Assembly (NCBI RefSeq): GCF_009914755.1
Contig: NC_060926.1
Reading direction: 5' to 3' (one strand)
Length of the DNA: 64,000 nt
DNA from: the human T2T-CHM13v2.0 reference genome, Homo sapiens
Under the pieces are notes generated by a model that was given only the letters and a program-made list of their open reading frames with translations, made no database searches and was not told the origin of the DNA. Below are positions 29,080 through 42,018 of the stretch, in pieces. Position 1 is the stretch's first letter. Each line of letters opens with the position of its first letter. A program made the position numbers and the translations under genes.

Positions 29080-29560
29080 CTTTTGATATTATCACCTCCA
29101 TTTTACAGATGAGCAAATTTAGTCTGAGAGAATGGTTAAATTTAGAATTTAACCATATGACCTTCCAGGCACCACGTACTGTTCCACTTTAAGTCTAAGA
29201 CGTTTCATTTACATTTTGTTCTTACTGATTTAGAAAAGTTTATTGTTTTCATTTTCTCACATTACTTCCTGGTGCCTGGCATAGGACTATAACTGAAACA
29301 TTTTTATAAATGATTTAAAGGTATTGAATGTGATGAACTGGAAAAGAAGAAAAAAGCTTCCTGAGTCACCCAGACTTCATCCTGGCTCTGTCACTTTGTA
29401 ATCTTGAGGGGAAAGATTAACTTCTCTAAGCATCAGTTTTCCCACCTGAAAAAGTCAGGAAAATATTATTTTCCATACTGGGTTGCTGGGACGATTAGAA
29501 ACCGAGCATCTGAAAACTCTTTGCACAGTGCTTAAGGTAATTAATGAGTGTTTGTCATTA
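29080..29560. mobile_element. Two MIR fragments (minus ~29080-29170, plus ~29360-29560)
   Basis: ccattttacagatgag; ctctaagcatcagttttcccacctg. Confidence 0.65.
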
Positions 29561-30987
29561 TACTTATGTTGATGTTAAATTAACATCTTAAAGAACTCTA
29601 AAATATTTTTCACTTTCTGTTTTTGTTTTTTTTTTTTCTTTCCCCCTGAAGCTTCAGAATGTCATTTCCTCTAAATGCCTGCCACCCTCAGGGAGTTCTA
29701 GTAATAGGGTGAACATAACATCAATGGAATATGAGGAGTTACTATTAGCAGATACTATTTGTTTCCCTTTTCATTTCTTTTTTTACAGTCGTTTGGGAGA
29801 AACCCTTCCAGCCCTGGGCGATGCGGTGTGTCAGTGTCTGCCTTTCTGCCGACTCCTGACAGCGCCTCCCTTCAGGGGTGTGGGTGGAGCTCTTCATGCC
29901 TGCCCCTCCTGCTCACATTTCTCGGTTCACTGGAAAAGTCCCCAAATCTTTTTGTCTGCTCAGTTGTGGCCTAGTAGCCAGAGTGGCTCGTGCATTAAAC
30001 GAAGAGGAACCTATGTTTCTTCTCTTTTCAGCATTTTGGCTGAATTTTGAATTTTTATCTGCCCCATTGAGTCTGTTGGCTCTGGCTGCTGCTGTACCAA
30101 GCCCTCTTTCTGGTGTTCATAAACCAATGAGAGTACAATTTCATGGCCTGGGTCAGGCTTGTTTGTTGGTTTCGTCTTAATTAGAAGCAAACCTCTTTGT
30201 CTTCCCTTTTCTTCATCTTCCAGGGAGAAATGGATTTTCTAGGCTGAGCAAATTAATCATAGTGGTGTCTAATAAAAAACAATCACCACTGCAGTACCTG
30301 GCACACAGTAGGTACTCAGTAGCTGAAAGAAACAGTTCCTGTAGCTCTTCCAAGGTATCCAGCATTTTGTGCAGGTAGGCTGGGGGCTGCTGAAGGATCT
30401 GTTTGTGAAAGACGAGAATTAGCTTAAGTAACTTGGGTTGGAAAAGTCACTCTGCCTTCTGAGTGACATATGGGGGCTGGAAGGTGGCAGAGAACAGGGT
30501 TGGAGAGTTTCTCTGGTAGGTGGATTAGTGTTGTTCCCAGCTCAGAATAAGGTACATATTTGAAAGTTACTTAACACAGAGCCTTGGATTCTGCCTGTAG
30601 GATAATAGATATTGAGTAGTTGTGATAAGTAATCATATGTAGCACTTAGGTCTTTTTATCTTCAAAGAACTTTTTTAAAAAAAACACTTTTAAACACAAT
30701 GAATTCTACCTTGTATCTTTATCGTAGCCCTAATGTTCTCTTCTGTGTCTTTGTCGTATTATGTTTCTTAGGACAAGTGAGTAAGCTTTGTCAATTGGTT
30801 TATAAAACATTTATGCATTTAAAGCTTCCAGGGAGTGAGAATTGAAATTACAGTATCTGGGGCTTCATATTTGCTGGCAAACTGCTGGCTTAGCATTTTC
30901 TTCCCTCTTGTCTGTTTTTCCCAAGCTATAGCAGAGATTAAATGAAATTTAGGAATTGTGTGTGAGATTTTGTTTCTCCTTGAAATA

Positions 30988-31341
30988 CAGATGCTCCTAG
31001 ACTTACGGGTTTTTTTTTGCCCTGATAAACCCATTGTAAGTTGAAAATATTGACAATATTGTAAGTCAAAAATGCATTTAATATAGCTACCCTATGAAAC
31101 ATCCTAGCCTAGACTACCTTAAACATGCTGAGAACACTGACATTAGCCTATAGTTGGCAAAACCATCTAACACAAAGCCTATTATAATAAAGTGTTGAAT
31201 ATCTCATGTAATTTATTGAATACTGTACTGAAATTGAAAAAACAGAATGGTCGTATGGGTACTGGAATTATGGTTTCTACTGAATATATATCGCTTTTGC
31301 ACCATTGTAAAATTGGAAAATTGTAAGTCAGGGACCATCTG
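30988..31341. mobile_element. MER47A (Tigger-derived MITE)
   Basis: TA TSDs; TIRs cagatgctcctagacttac / gtaagtcagggaccatctg. Confidence 0.9.
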
Positions 31342-34300
31342 TAGTTCTGTCAGGATGGGTGAAATGCTTGCTGTGCAGTGCATTGATTTCTAAAGTCAAT
31401 CCTTAGCAGATACTTTAAAACAACAAAGAACTAGAAGTTTCCTGGTTAAGAGGGAAGAAGGGTTTGCAATTGGCTTCATAAATTTCTTCTCAGGCTTTTA
31501 AAGTTATGAGTCAAGAACCTTCGAAGCAGTGTTCGTAGGTGCATCCTTTCCTTCCTCACCCCATATTTCATTTATATAACAAGATACTTCAAAGATGCTC
31601 CAAAGAAATAAAGACAGTATAATTCCAAATGATTAGCTCAAATCCGACTGCCACATTCAAGGCTTAAAAAAAATTCTCAATTGCTGTGAGGGATTAGAAA
31701 AATGGCAGCTGGCAAAAATGCCTTCAGTATAAAGATGATAAGACACCACTTATTAATTCTTTATATAAGCAATGGTTTTTTTTGGTGAGGATATGGAGAA
31801 AGGTAATAAAATCATGGTCTCTGCTGTGGGTAAAACTAGTTTGAGAGCCCCTCCCCTGCTGCTTTTTTCAGAAGTTTAAAAAGGAGGTCAGGAGCAGAGA
31901 GTTAGTTTCCCTGACTGGGGGAAGTTAAGGAAAGGAGTGTGAGTGAGGTCATGGAGAAGGCATGGTGAAGTTTCACAGTCTTGTGGATAAGTTTCCCATT
32001 TGATATGGGATATAGTTGAGAGTTACATCAAATGGAGTTGCCACCAACATGACTGCTAATGGTGACTCTGGGTACAGAGGACATGGCATAGTAGTAGTTA
32101 TGCAGTAATCGGACCCTGATTAACGATGAAGCTGATGATGGCATTGATACTTTATGGAGAACTTTGTATGTGTTTTTCCCCCATTTAATCCTTACAGTCA
32201 CCATTTTCAGATGGTAGCTGGGAGTAGTAGATAATTTTCCCAGGGTCATATTGCTTAGGGGCAAAGCTGGGATTTGTAACCATGATGCAATACTGCACCT
32301 GGTGGATGTAGTCAGGGTTATCAAAATAAAGAAAAATTGACCCAAAGATATATTTTAGAGGCAGAAACAATAATAGCTTAGTAATAGTCTAGGTGTGTGA
32401 ACTCGAGACAAAACGAGTAGGAAAAAGATGGTTTTTAAGTGACAGTTTTGGAAAAGAAGCAACGGGGGTGGCAGGAATGAACAATACAGTTCTGTCTCGG
32501 TCATGTTTATGGACTCTTCTTCCTAGAGAACAGCCAATAGTCTTTCATCAGTGTTGATTTCATCTTTCAGCCTTCAGAAAACAGCTGTCAATCCAAGTGC
32601 TTGCTGTCGATATGGAGCACAGGTTGTGAACACAGTGCCTTTGTGCCATGCTTTGGTCACATGTACAGGTGTTGACTCTAGCAGCAGACCAGTACCTACT
32701 CCCAGTGGAGCTCAAATTCACACATCACACCATCACATTGTCTTCTCATTTAGCCAGTGAAATGATTGGCGTCTCACTGCAGTAGTACAGTGATAGTCAT
32801 TGATTGACAAGACCTTCTCTGGGAAGGACTACATTTATTCTGATTTCTCCAGATCAGACTTTTAGAACCAGGAGAGGAAGTCTGTTCATGGTCAGAGTTC
32901 TTGCTGAGTCAATGTAGTATTTTGAAAGCTATTGTGCCAAGGCCCCAGGATTCTCAGACCTGGCTGAGCAACATGTAACTGATCCAATTTCTCACTGACT
33001 CAGGAGGAATGCTAGCTAAATCTTGAATTTGGTACTGTGACTTCAATAGTGGGCCAGTCAAGGGGCTCACGCCTGGTGGACCACCATCCCTTCACCCCCA
33101 CCCCACCAAGGTCTGTCTGTGCTTGGCTTTTCGGACTCATGGTGAATGCTTGAACCTTTTTATTCCCTTAACATAAACTTATTCTTCTGGGTAAAAAAGT
33201 GAATCCTATCCCCATGAAGGATTTGCTTGATTGAAATGAGACCCCCCCTTGGGAGAGAAGTATAAATGTTGTGAGCAGAGTGGCCTTACGGTAGCTTGCT
33301 GACTTCCTAGAGGGGTCGTTGTGGGAGGAGAGCCCTGCTAGTTCCCTTTGCCCCAAATTATTTCCCCTCTGTGCTTGCTACAGAATCACTAAGTGTACTG
33401 ATAGCTCTTAATTACTTCTAGTTAAAGAAGAGCAAGCCACCTGGTCTCTGAATTAATTAGAGCAATACTCTTTAAAAGAAACATCCTCCTTTCCCTCCTT
33501 CTTTGCCCCCCAGCAAAATATTTCCTATTAGAAAAAACATATGAAGCCATTGGTTAGTTTTCACTTCCTTTCCTAAGGGATAGTCAGCTAAATATGCTGT
33601 CCTGAGAGAATTTGACAGAAGCAGATAAGATTTTTGATAAGAGTTGAAGAGAAATTCTGGGAAGGGAAGGTAAATTATACTCCCTAATAAAAGCCCTAAC
33701 AAACAGCAGGCATAATTGGTTGTGTATTTGGGGGTGTGTGTGTCAGTGAAGTGGTGTGTATTCTACATACCACCAGTGGGAGGAAGAATGCTGAAAAAAG
33801 AGAAGTAGGTGCTTGCTCAAGACAGGAAATATACCACTTCCCTTAGGAATCTGCCCATAGGCCATCTTTGCTTATATTATCCATGCATTTCATTGGCAGT
33901 ACTCTCCTGGAGTGAGAAGTGGTGTATGAAGTTGGTCCTAAAATCCACTCCTCCCATCTCCTTCCTAAGAGAAAGTTAACCCACTTTGGGCTAACTCAAG
34001 AGCCAGCCAGTTATTTTTGCCCATCACTGTAAGTAGGATTACAGCTCACCTTAAATATTGGGGAAAAGTCCTGATCATTTGTTCATTCTATTAGCTAGGG
34101 CCAGGTGTTGTCACTGTCTCTAGCACCGCTTCCATTTCACTCCCATTAAATCTTAGCAAATTCCTAGCACTCTGAACAGTGTATTTTACTTGAATGATTC
34201 CCATGTGGCCAGACTTCTGGGAGCTGAGCACATGGTACCCTTTTATTGGGTGCCATGAGGTAACCTTGGTACCCTTTGGACATTCAGCTTTCCTTTGAGG

Positions 34301-34868
34301 TTATAGCTAATTCTCTGATGAACATTTAAGTGGGTGGGGCTGTGTGTTAGCCCTACTGTGTAGCTTTTGTGATCCAGGGAGGTGTGACCCCATTGTGGTA
34401 TTCCCATAGCTGAGATCATAAAAGCATCCCAAGTGTCATTTGGAAGCCAAACAGTAGGTTACAAACTCATTTTGGGTTAATCTCCCTCTCCCTAAGCTAC
34501 TTCATCTCCTTGAATGCTGCTAACTGTAAGCTTTTATTTCCTTTCCTGTGTTATCACTCATTAAAGCCTTCTCTGACCTGTATAAATGAGACTGGCTTTT
34601 TCCTCTTAGTATTGTCTTCGAGCACTTGGCAGGTGGCATTTGGAGCCAGAGCCTGATGAAAGTTGCCCTTGTGTATTGTTTTTATAAGCTAAATGAGAGG
34701 CACAGAAAGAATACCAAAAGATAGACTTTTTCCCTAGGGTAGGAGGAAAAAGGAGGATCAAAAATTTGCAGTTTATGTATGAATTTTGGTGGAATGCCGT
34801 TTAGAGGGAATATTTTCTGATTCTGTCTCTTCTCCCTTCAGTCTTATATTTCCTCTTACTTTCTTCTG

Positions 34869-34875
<7 letters not shown>

Positions 34876-34907
<32 letters not shown>
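34876..34907. repeat. (TA)16 microsatellite
   Basis: Read directly from sequence. Confidence 0.95.
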
Positions 34908-34910
<3 letters not shown>

Positions 34911-34929
34911 TAGAAAAAAATTGAAACAG

Positions 34930-35220
34930 GGCCAGGTACGGTGACTCATGCTTATAATCCCAGCACTTGGGAAGGCAGAGGTGGGCAGATTGCTTTAGCC
35001 CAGGCATTGAAGACCAGCCTGGGCAACATAGCAAGACCCCATCTCTTAAAAAAAATACAAAAATTAGCCAGGTGTGGTTGTGTGCACCTGTACTCCCAGC
35101 TACTTGGGAGGCTGAGGTGGGAGGATCACTTGAACTCAGGAGGTGAGGCTGCAGTGAGCCATGATTGTGCTGCTGCACTCCAACCTGGGTGACACAGTGA
35201 GACCCTGTCTCAAAAAAAAA
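34930..35220 (+). mobile_element. AluJ
   Basis: Full dimer, gaggctgcagtgagccatgat. Confidence 0.95.
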
Positions 35221-36399
35221 GCTAAACTGAAATGGAAATTATTTCCATATCTTTTCTTAACCAAGTAGTCAAGTATTTCTGTTGCCATTAGTTTGGACCA
35301 TATGAACTTGCTGCTGTTATAGGTCAGAAATGGTTGAATAGCAGCAATCTCATGGCTCAACCTGTTGAACCATTAACCCCAGGAGGGTTAATCAGCTAGC
35401 CCCTTTCTAACCCAGCAGATAGAAAACTATGACAAAACTATTTGACTCTACTTTCCTTCCTTCTTATCTTCCTCATCTTAAAAAGTTAACAGATATAAAA
35501 CATAAAAGATATCATTGGCAAGTCAAGGTGACAGTTTTTGGGGGTGGGCAGGTGGCAACAGACACTAGGACACTAGGACAATGAAACCCAGATTTTAAAA
35601 CAAGGATACAATAGAGCCAGCTTCTGTAGAAATTAGTGTATTTATTCACCAGTCATTGTGTTTAGTTGTCTGAGCTACATTGTATTGTCCTTGAGGAGTA
35701 AGAATTGTGCTATTTTTCATTGCATTCCTGACATGCTTAAAAAAAAAATGCTGCTACAATCTACTGTATGTAGTTGATTGATGCCGGGAAAGTTTGCTGC
35801 ACCTAACAATGGTCTTTATCCATGAAACACTCCATTGATACTTTTAGAACTCATTACTGCTAACCAAACAGTAGTGGTTTTATTACTATACTAATGGAGC
35901 CTGGTACTTGGAGGCTGGGGCATGGGGGAGGAGGAGAAGGTGGGGCAAGGAATGTGGGTAGGACTAGTGGATCCCTTTCCATGATTAATGGTGTCCCCCA
36001 GAAAAGTAGTTAGGCAGTTTCCAATAAAACAATGTGATAATCTAGATACAATGCAGGGTCTAATGTGCATATGCAAGGATGCACTAAATGAATTAGCCCT
36101 AACAGGGAGGAACAAGGGCTTTCTAAATAAAGAATCAGCAAGACAGCAGAGTTTTCTATGGCCTTCTCCAATAAAGTGATTTGCTTTCCTAACACTGCAT
36201 GGAGGCAAACAAATGAGTTGTGAAAGATACGGATACCGATGGACACAGCACCATGATAGGCTTGGCAGACTCCTCCTTGTGGGCAACAAGACAGACCCAT
36301 GTGGTGACTTTTATCCTCTTGCATGCTTTTTGTGATGTACTTGAGTTGTTCTTCTTCCTCACTGTCTTTGTCCATTTAAAAAGGATTTTTGTTTTTAGG

Positions 36400-36800
36400 T
36401 TATTTTATTTGGAGTAATGCATCTGTTTGCCATAAATGTGATTATTGATGTACACGAGCTTATGTTTGCTGTCTTACAGTTTGTTTTCTATTTGATCTAC
36501 CTGTTTTATGTTTTTTTTTCCTCCTTTTTGACTTTGGATTAGGCACAGATTTTCAGTCCATTTTTCCTATTTCTGAACCTGCTAACTACACAGTATTTTA
36601 CTCTTCTTGTGGTTATCCTACAGATTATAGGATACGTCTTTGATTTACTACAGTCTAATACAGACTCTTTCACCTCTTTGTTTTTTGTATATTGCTTTCC
36701 TTTGGAAAAGCTCATGATTCTTAATGAATCTCACTGGGGGTGGAGTGATGTTACCCTTATTTCCTACTTGAATCTCTCTCATAGTAGCTCTTACTTGCTG
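36400..36800 (-). mobile_element. Very old L1M fragment
   Basis: tgtgattattgatg...tttgttttctatttg, an antisense L1 signature. Confidence 0.5.
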
Positions 36801-37061
36801 AACCTGTTTGTAACTTTCATTAAAGTTATTGCCCAGTATCACTTCTCCGTGGACATGTGTTAGTCAGAAGGGGACATCCTCACCGCTGAGCTGTGAGCTC
36901 CCTAGAATAAAGATGGAAGCTTTCTGGTTTCCCATTGAGGCTGAAAGCTCTTTCATAGCAAGGACTATCCTGTCTCTTTCTAGTATGACATCTGGCCCAC
37001 AGTAGCCCCTCAAGTGGAGATTTGAATGACCAGGTCCACCTAAACCAGATGGCCCTGGCAT

Positions 37062-37123
37062 CTGGAGAGTTCGAGGCCATTTTAGCTGGAGAGTTCGAGC
37101 TGGAGAGTTCGAGGCCATTTTAG
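37062..37123. repeat. Compound tandem duplication A-B-A-A-B
   Basis: A=ctggagagttcgag (3 copies), B=gccattttag (2 copies), all identical. Confidence 0.95.
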
Positions 37124-40100
37124 GTAAGCTCAAGTCTTTACAACTCTGCACCTTCTACCAGTCCTTCCTAGCTGTTTCTTTTGGATGAAGATGATTCTTC
37201 TTTTCCTAACTCTGAGGTTGCCCTCTTTCATGTGCATTCACATTAACTGTCAGCCATACCTGTGTACCTCAACACTCACTGGTTGCTGCCTGTAATACTC
37301 TTACAAAAGATTTAATGAAGTGATGGAGACCTTGGGTGTCTAGCAACTGCCATTGTTTGTCAGGGGAATGTGAGATATATGTGTGGGAAGGTCCCTGAGT
37401 TCCTCTTGGACTTATCAAAATATCACAAAATTCCAGTACAAAGTATCTTTCCACAGATTCAGCTGTGCTGTGGGTCACTAATACTTGGGTCATTTTAAGC
37501 TGTGGTGCAGAAACCTACAGCAGAGGTGTGAATCTTCTTCCCTTTGGCAACTTTATGTCAGTTCTGATACATTAAAAAAAAAAAACAAAAAAACCCCAGG
37601 GATTGATCATGTTAATGTGAACACCCACCTCTCAGTGATGGAGGAGTTTTTGAATCATGCAGGTTCTTGGCTCGGAGACAGCATGGTCTATACAGAAGCA
37701 GCTTGGATTTGTCAAGACCTCAGTTCACCACGCAGCTCTGCTGCATTTTGAGTACCTGTGGGTAAATGACCTCACCTCTTCAGCCTTATCTGTACAATAG
37801 GGATGATAACACTCAGCTTACTTCACAGGCTTGTTGTAGGGAGAAGGTGATCTATTGTTTCCTAAAGCTGTTTTTGAAAACGGTGACTCACTCTACAGAT
37901 ATGATTTGTGTCTTCTGTTTTCTCCTGCCTGATGTTTTCCATTTTGGCAACTTAGAATCTAGGCATACCTCACGTAGAGCTTGCTGACACACTGGTCTAT
38001 TTTTGAGGTGGGTAATACTAATATTGAGTTCAAGAGAATTTTTTCCCCCCTCTGAACTATGCTATAGTTGGTATCTACTCCTAGGATATTAAGTTTGTTC
38101 CAAATAAGCCAGTTGTGGGCTCCATGCTATGCCATAGAAGTCAGAGGAGAGATAGTGCCGCCTTTAAACATTGTAAACTTTCAGAGAAAAGTTTTCCCAA
38201 GATAAATTAGCAAGTAGTTTCTTCACCAAAGGGACATGGTTGATGTGAATTGATTCTCTGAAGAAATATTTACCATAGCTGCTTCTGCCAAAGTGAATGT
38301 GGTCACCAGGGCAACAATGGCAGCCGTCTTTATCCAGATAAGTGCAAGAGCTGAATTCAGATGCCCCTTCCTAGGGCTGCCAGCTCATGTGAAGTTTGGC
38401 ATGCAGGAAATGGATGTTCAGTGTTGGCCTCACTGAGTTTTGGAAAAACCCCACTTATTGGAGCATCTGCCAAGCATGGATGGAGGAGGGCTTTTCAGGA
38501 TTGCAAAACTACTTCTAGAGAGACTGGTGAGTAGAGGGATAGTGTTATGGACATACGGCTCATTTTCCAGAGGTACTATTGAAACTTTCTTCGGTAACCA
38601 TAAGGGAAGAGGCAGAAGTCTTCTCATCTTACCAGGATGCCTATGAGAGCTGGAGGTTGCTGGTGAAAGAGGATACAAAGATACCTCCAGAGACAGGGCA
38701 GGGAGTGTGGTGTACTTACCACATTTCTGGAATTGACTTGGGAAGTGGTGTTCACTTCTTTTATCAAAGCAAAACTAGTAACTAATAGTAACTACTGACT
38801 CATTTATTTTTTGTCTTCAGCTTTTATGAAGAATGAACTGACTTTCTAATTTCTATAAGAAACTGCACCAGAGTTTATCCCCCACTGGAGAGGGCTGCTT
38901 AGATGGTTGGCAAAGCTTCCATAACATCTCAGTTTCTCTAACATTTGAAGTAAAAGACCAAAGCTAGAATCAAATATGTTACTTCTTTCCATTGCCCAGC
39001 TGCAGCTTTTACAAATGCATCACAGTTGAAAGTGCCTGAATCTAGAGTTGTCCATGCTGACTTCTAGCCAGGCCAGGCCAGTGGCACTTCTGTGATTTGG
39101 AGGAGACTTTCAATGAAATTAGATTGTAGCTGCTATATTTAACTTTTAATTATACACTATTGGGATGTTTTAATTTCTAAAGTGTCACAGCCAAGGCATG
39201 AAAATGTGGATCAAGTAGGCAAATGGAATTAAAAATACAACAACATAACAAACTCTAACATCCACCAATTGTGTCTCAGGTAATTAATTAGAGCAGCCTG
39301 TAGTTACTAACCTGTGTGGATGTTTCACTGCTCGGGAAGAATAGTCCCAGTGTTTTCTAGATTAGTGGACTGTTCCAAGGAGGGCTGAAATAAGTTTCAA
39401 CTTGAATTTGTAGATCTGGATAGTCAAACCTTAACAATACAGGCATAGGTTGTCCTCTGTGGGTATCTGTAGTGAATTACAATTCTGTATTAACTTCTAC
39501 ACGATTACTTATCCTAGTCTCATTAGGGAACACGAAATTACCTGAACAAACCATAAGGTAGCATAGACGTTCAAATCTGACATGTGCAAAGTTCCTTAAG
39601 CTAATTAGAAAATACACACATTGATCTGTGAATGGATGCCCTTCTGCTCCTTTAGGGCCAGTGATTGAGAGGTGTCTGTTGGAGGTTGGTGTTGAACTTG
39701 TGCTTGAAGTCTCCGGATACAAAACTTCACGGTTCTGGTTTAAGCAGAAGTCTTCATTGAATGACATCGATGTGGAGAGAAAATTCCTTGGCTTTCTGTC
39801 AGCTGAATCTGCTGATTTGTAAGACTCTTGGGGCAGGTTAACAGCCTTGTTGGTTGTTGTGCTGTGCTGACAGTGGGACCAAGCGGGGATCAGGAAATAG
39901 TCTAGGGCATTGCAAGGTTGGATTTGCTTACATTGAGGTGTTCCTGTGATCTGTGCACATCACCCAAGGTGATCAGGGCCTTGAGGCTTAGGCTGAAAGG
40001 CTGGCTTTCGAGGCAAAAGATCAGAAGGAAGAAAACATGCTGGCACCTGATGTATATCCCCTTTTGCTCTGCTTCCATCTACGGTTGCTGCCTGCTCCTC

Positions 40101-40217
40101 TGACATGTAACTCACCTCCTCTGTGCCTCATATTGTTAGAGCTAAATTTCCCACTGAACCCAGACTGTTATTTTTGACCTGCCCTGCCTATTTATTTGTG
40201 CACCAGTGAGTGTGTGA

Positions 40218-40549
<332 letters not shown>

Positions 40550-40669
40550 AAATGCATTAATTTTTAAAAATTATAGCAGCTCTTTTGGAAGAATTGAAAC
40601 ATAGAAAAATTACCCCTTAGTCCATTGCATTTACATGGTGATTTTCTTTTTCATTTCATTTTTTGGCCA

Positions 40670-41450
40670 CGTTTTTAATTTTTATTTTTTGCTGTGGTAA
40701 AACGTTAAGATAAAATTTACCATCCTTGCCATTTTTAAGCATACGGTTCAGTGGCATTAAGTACATTTGTATTGTTGGTGGTGCAATGATCTTCACCGTC
40801 TGTGTCCAGAACTTTTCATGTTCCCAAACTGAAACTCTCTACCCATTAAACAGTAACTCTTCATTCCCCCCACCCCTTCCCCTGGTAACCACTGTTCTCC
40901 TTCTCAGTCCCCATGAATATGCCTATTCAATGTAACTCATAAGTGGAATCAGGGAAGTTGTGTCCTTTTGTGTCTGGTTGATTTCACTTAGTATAATGTT
41001 GGTAAGGTTCATTCTTGTTGTAGCATTTGTCAGAATTTCATTCTTTTTTAAGGCTGAACAGTAATACTCCATTGCATGGATAGAAACCTCATTTTGTTTA
41101 TCTATGCATCTATTGATGGACATATGAGTTGTTTCTACCTTTAGGTTATTCTACATAATGCTACTATGAACATTGGTTACAAGTATCTGTTTAAGTTTCT
41201 GCTTTCAGTACTTTTGAGTATGTAACTGGAAGTGGAGTTGCTGAATCATATGGTAATTCTATGTTTAGCTTTGTGAGGAAGCATCATACTGTTTCCACGG
41301 TGTCTGCTGCACCCTAGCAATGCACGAGGGTTCCGAGCCCTCCATATCCTTATATGCTTGCAAAGGATATGTGTCTTTTCCTTTTTTTTTTTTTTAATAA
41401 TAGTCATTCTGATGGGTATGAAACAGCATCCCATTGTGGTTTTGATTTGT
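40670..41450 (-). mobile_element. L1MB 3' region
   Basis: aaaatttaccatc...cagtggcattaagtacatt...gctactatgaacattgg...cattgtggttttgatttg. Confidence 0.9.
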
Positions 41451-41555
41451 ACTTATGCATAGGTTTTTTAAAACTATGTTTAAACAGAGTGTACTTATTT
41501 TTCATCCTTGATCAGTTAATATTTTGTCATGTTCTCTTTTTGCCTTTCAAAGGAC

Positions 41556-42018
41556 TTTTTTTGTTTTTTATTATATATGGACAAATTATAGTTGCAAATA
41601 CTTAAGGGGGTACAAAGTGATGTAATGATGTTTGAACTCAATGTGGAATGATTAAATCAAGCTACCTAACCTATTCACCTCAAATATTTAACTTTTTTAT
41701 AACATTTGAGATTTTCTCCTAGTGATATCGAAATGTACAGTATGCTATTATTGTATTTACCATGCTGTGGAATAGCCCTCAAAAAAGGAAGAAATTCTGT
41801 CATTTGCGACAACATGAGTGGAATTAGAAAACATGCTAAGTGAAGTAAGCGAAACACAGAAAGACACCACATGTTCTTACATATGTGGGATCAAAACAAT
41901 CGAATTCATAGAGGCAGAAAGTAGATGAGTGGTTACCAGGGGCTGGGGGAAATGGTAACGTGATGGTCAAAGGGTACCAAGCCTCAGGAGGAGTAAATTA
42001 ATTTATTTTTGAGATCTA
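41556..42018 (-). mobile_element. L1MA 3' end with inverted 5' segment
   Basis: 41556-41775 is an antisense L1 terminus; 41776-42018 is the preceding 3'UTR segment in sense orientation. Confidence 0.85.

Noticed and set aside
34231-34257. Short hairpins (also 8320-8365, ~35372-35392, ~59077-59098)
   Set aside because: Stems of 8-11 bp are too short for a pre-miRNA and are expected by chance; the last is within an MLT1 LTR
36010-36375. ORF MDKDSEEEEQLKYITK...
   Set aside because: No recognisable homology and no splice or poly(A) support
37062-37123. Repeats resembling a mini CRISPR array (also 55211 and 60003)
   Set aside because: Human DNA, no unique spacers, no cas genes; simple duplications
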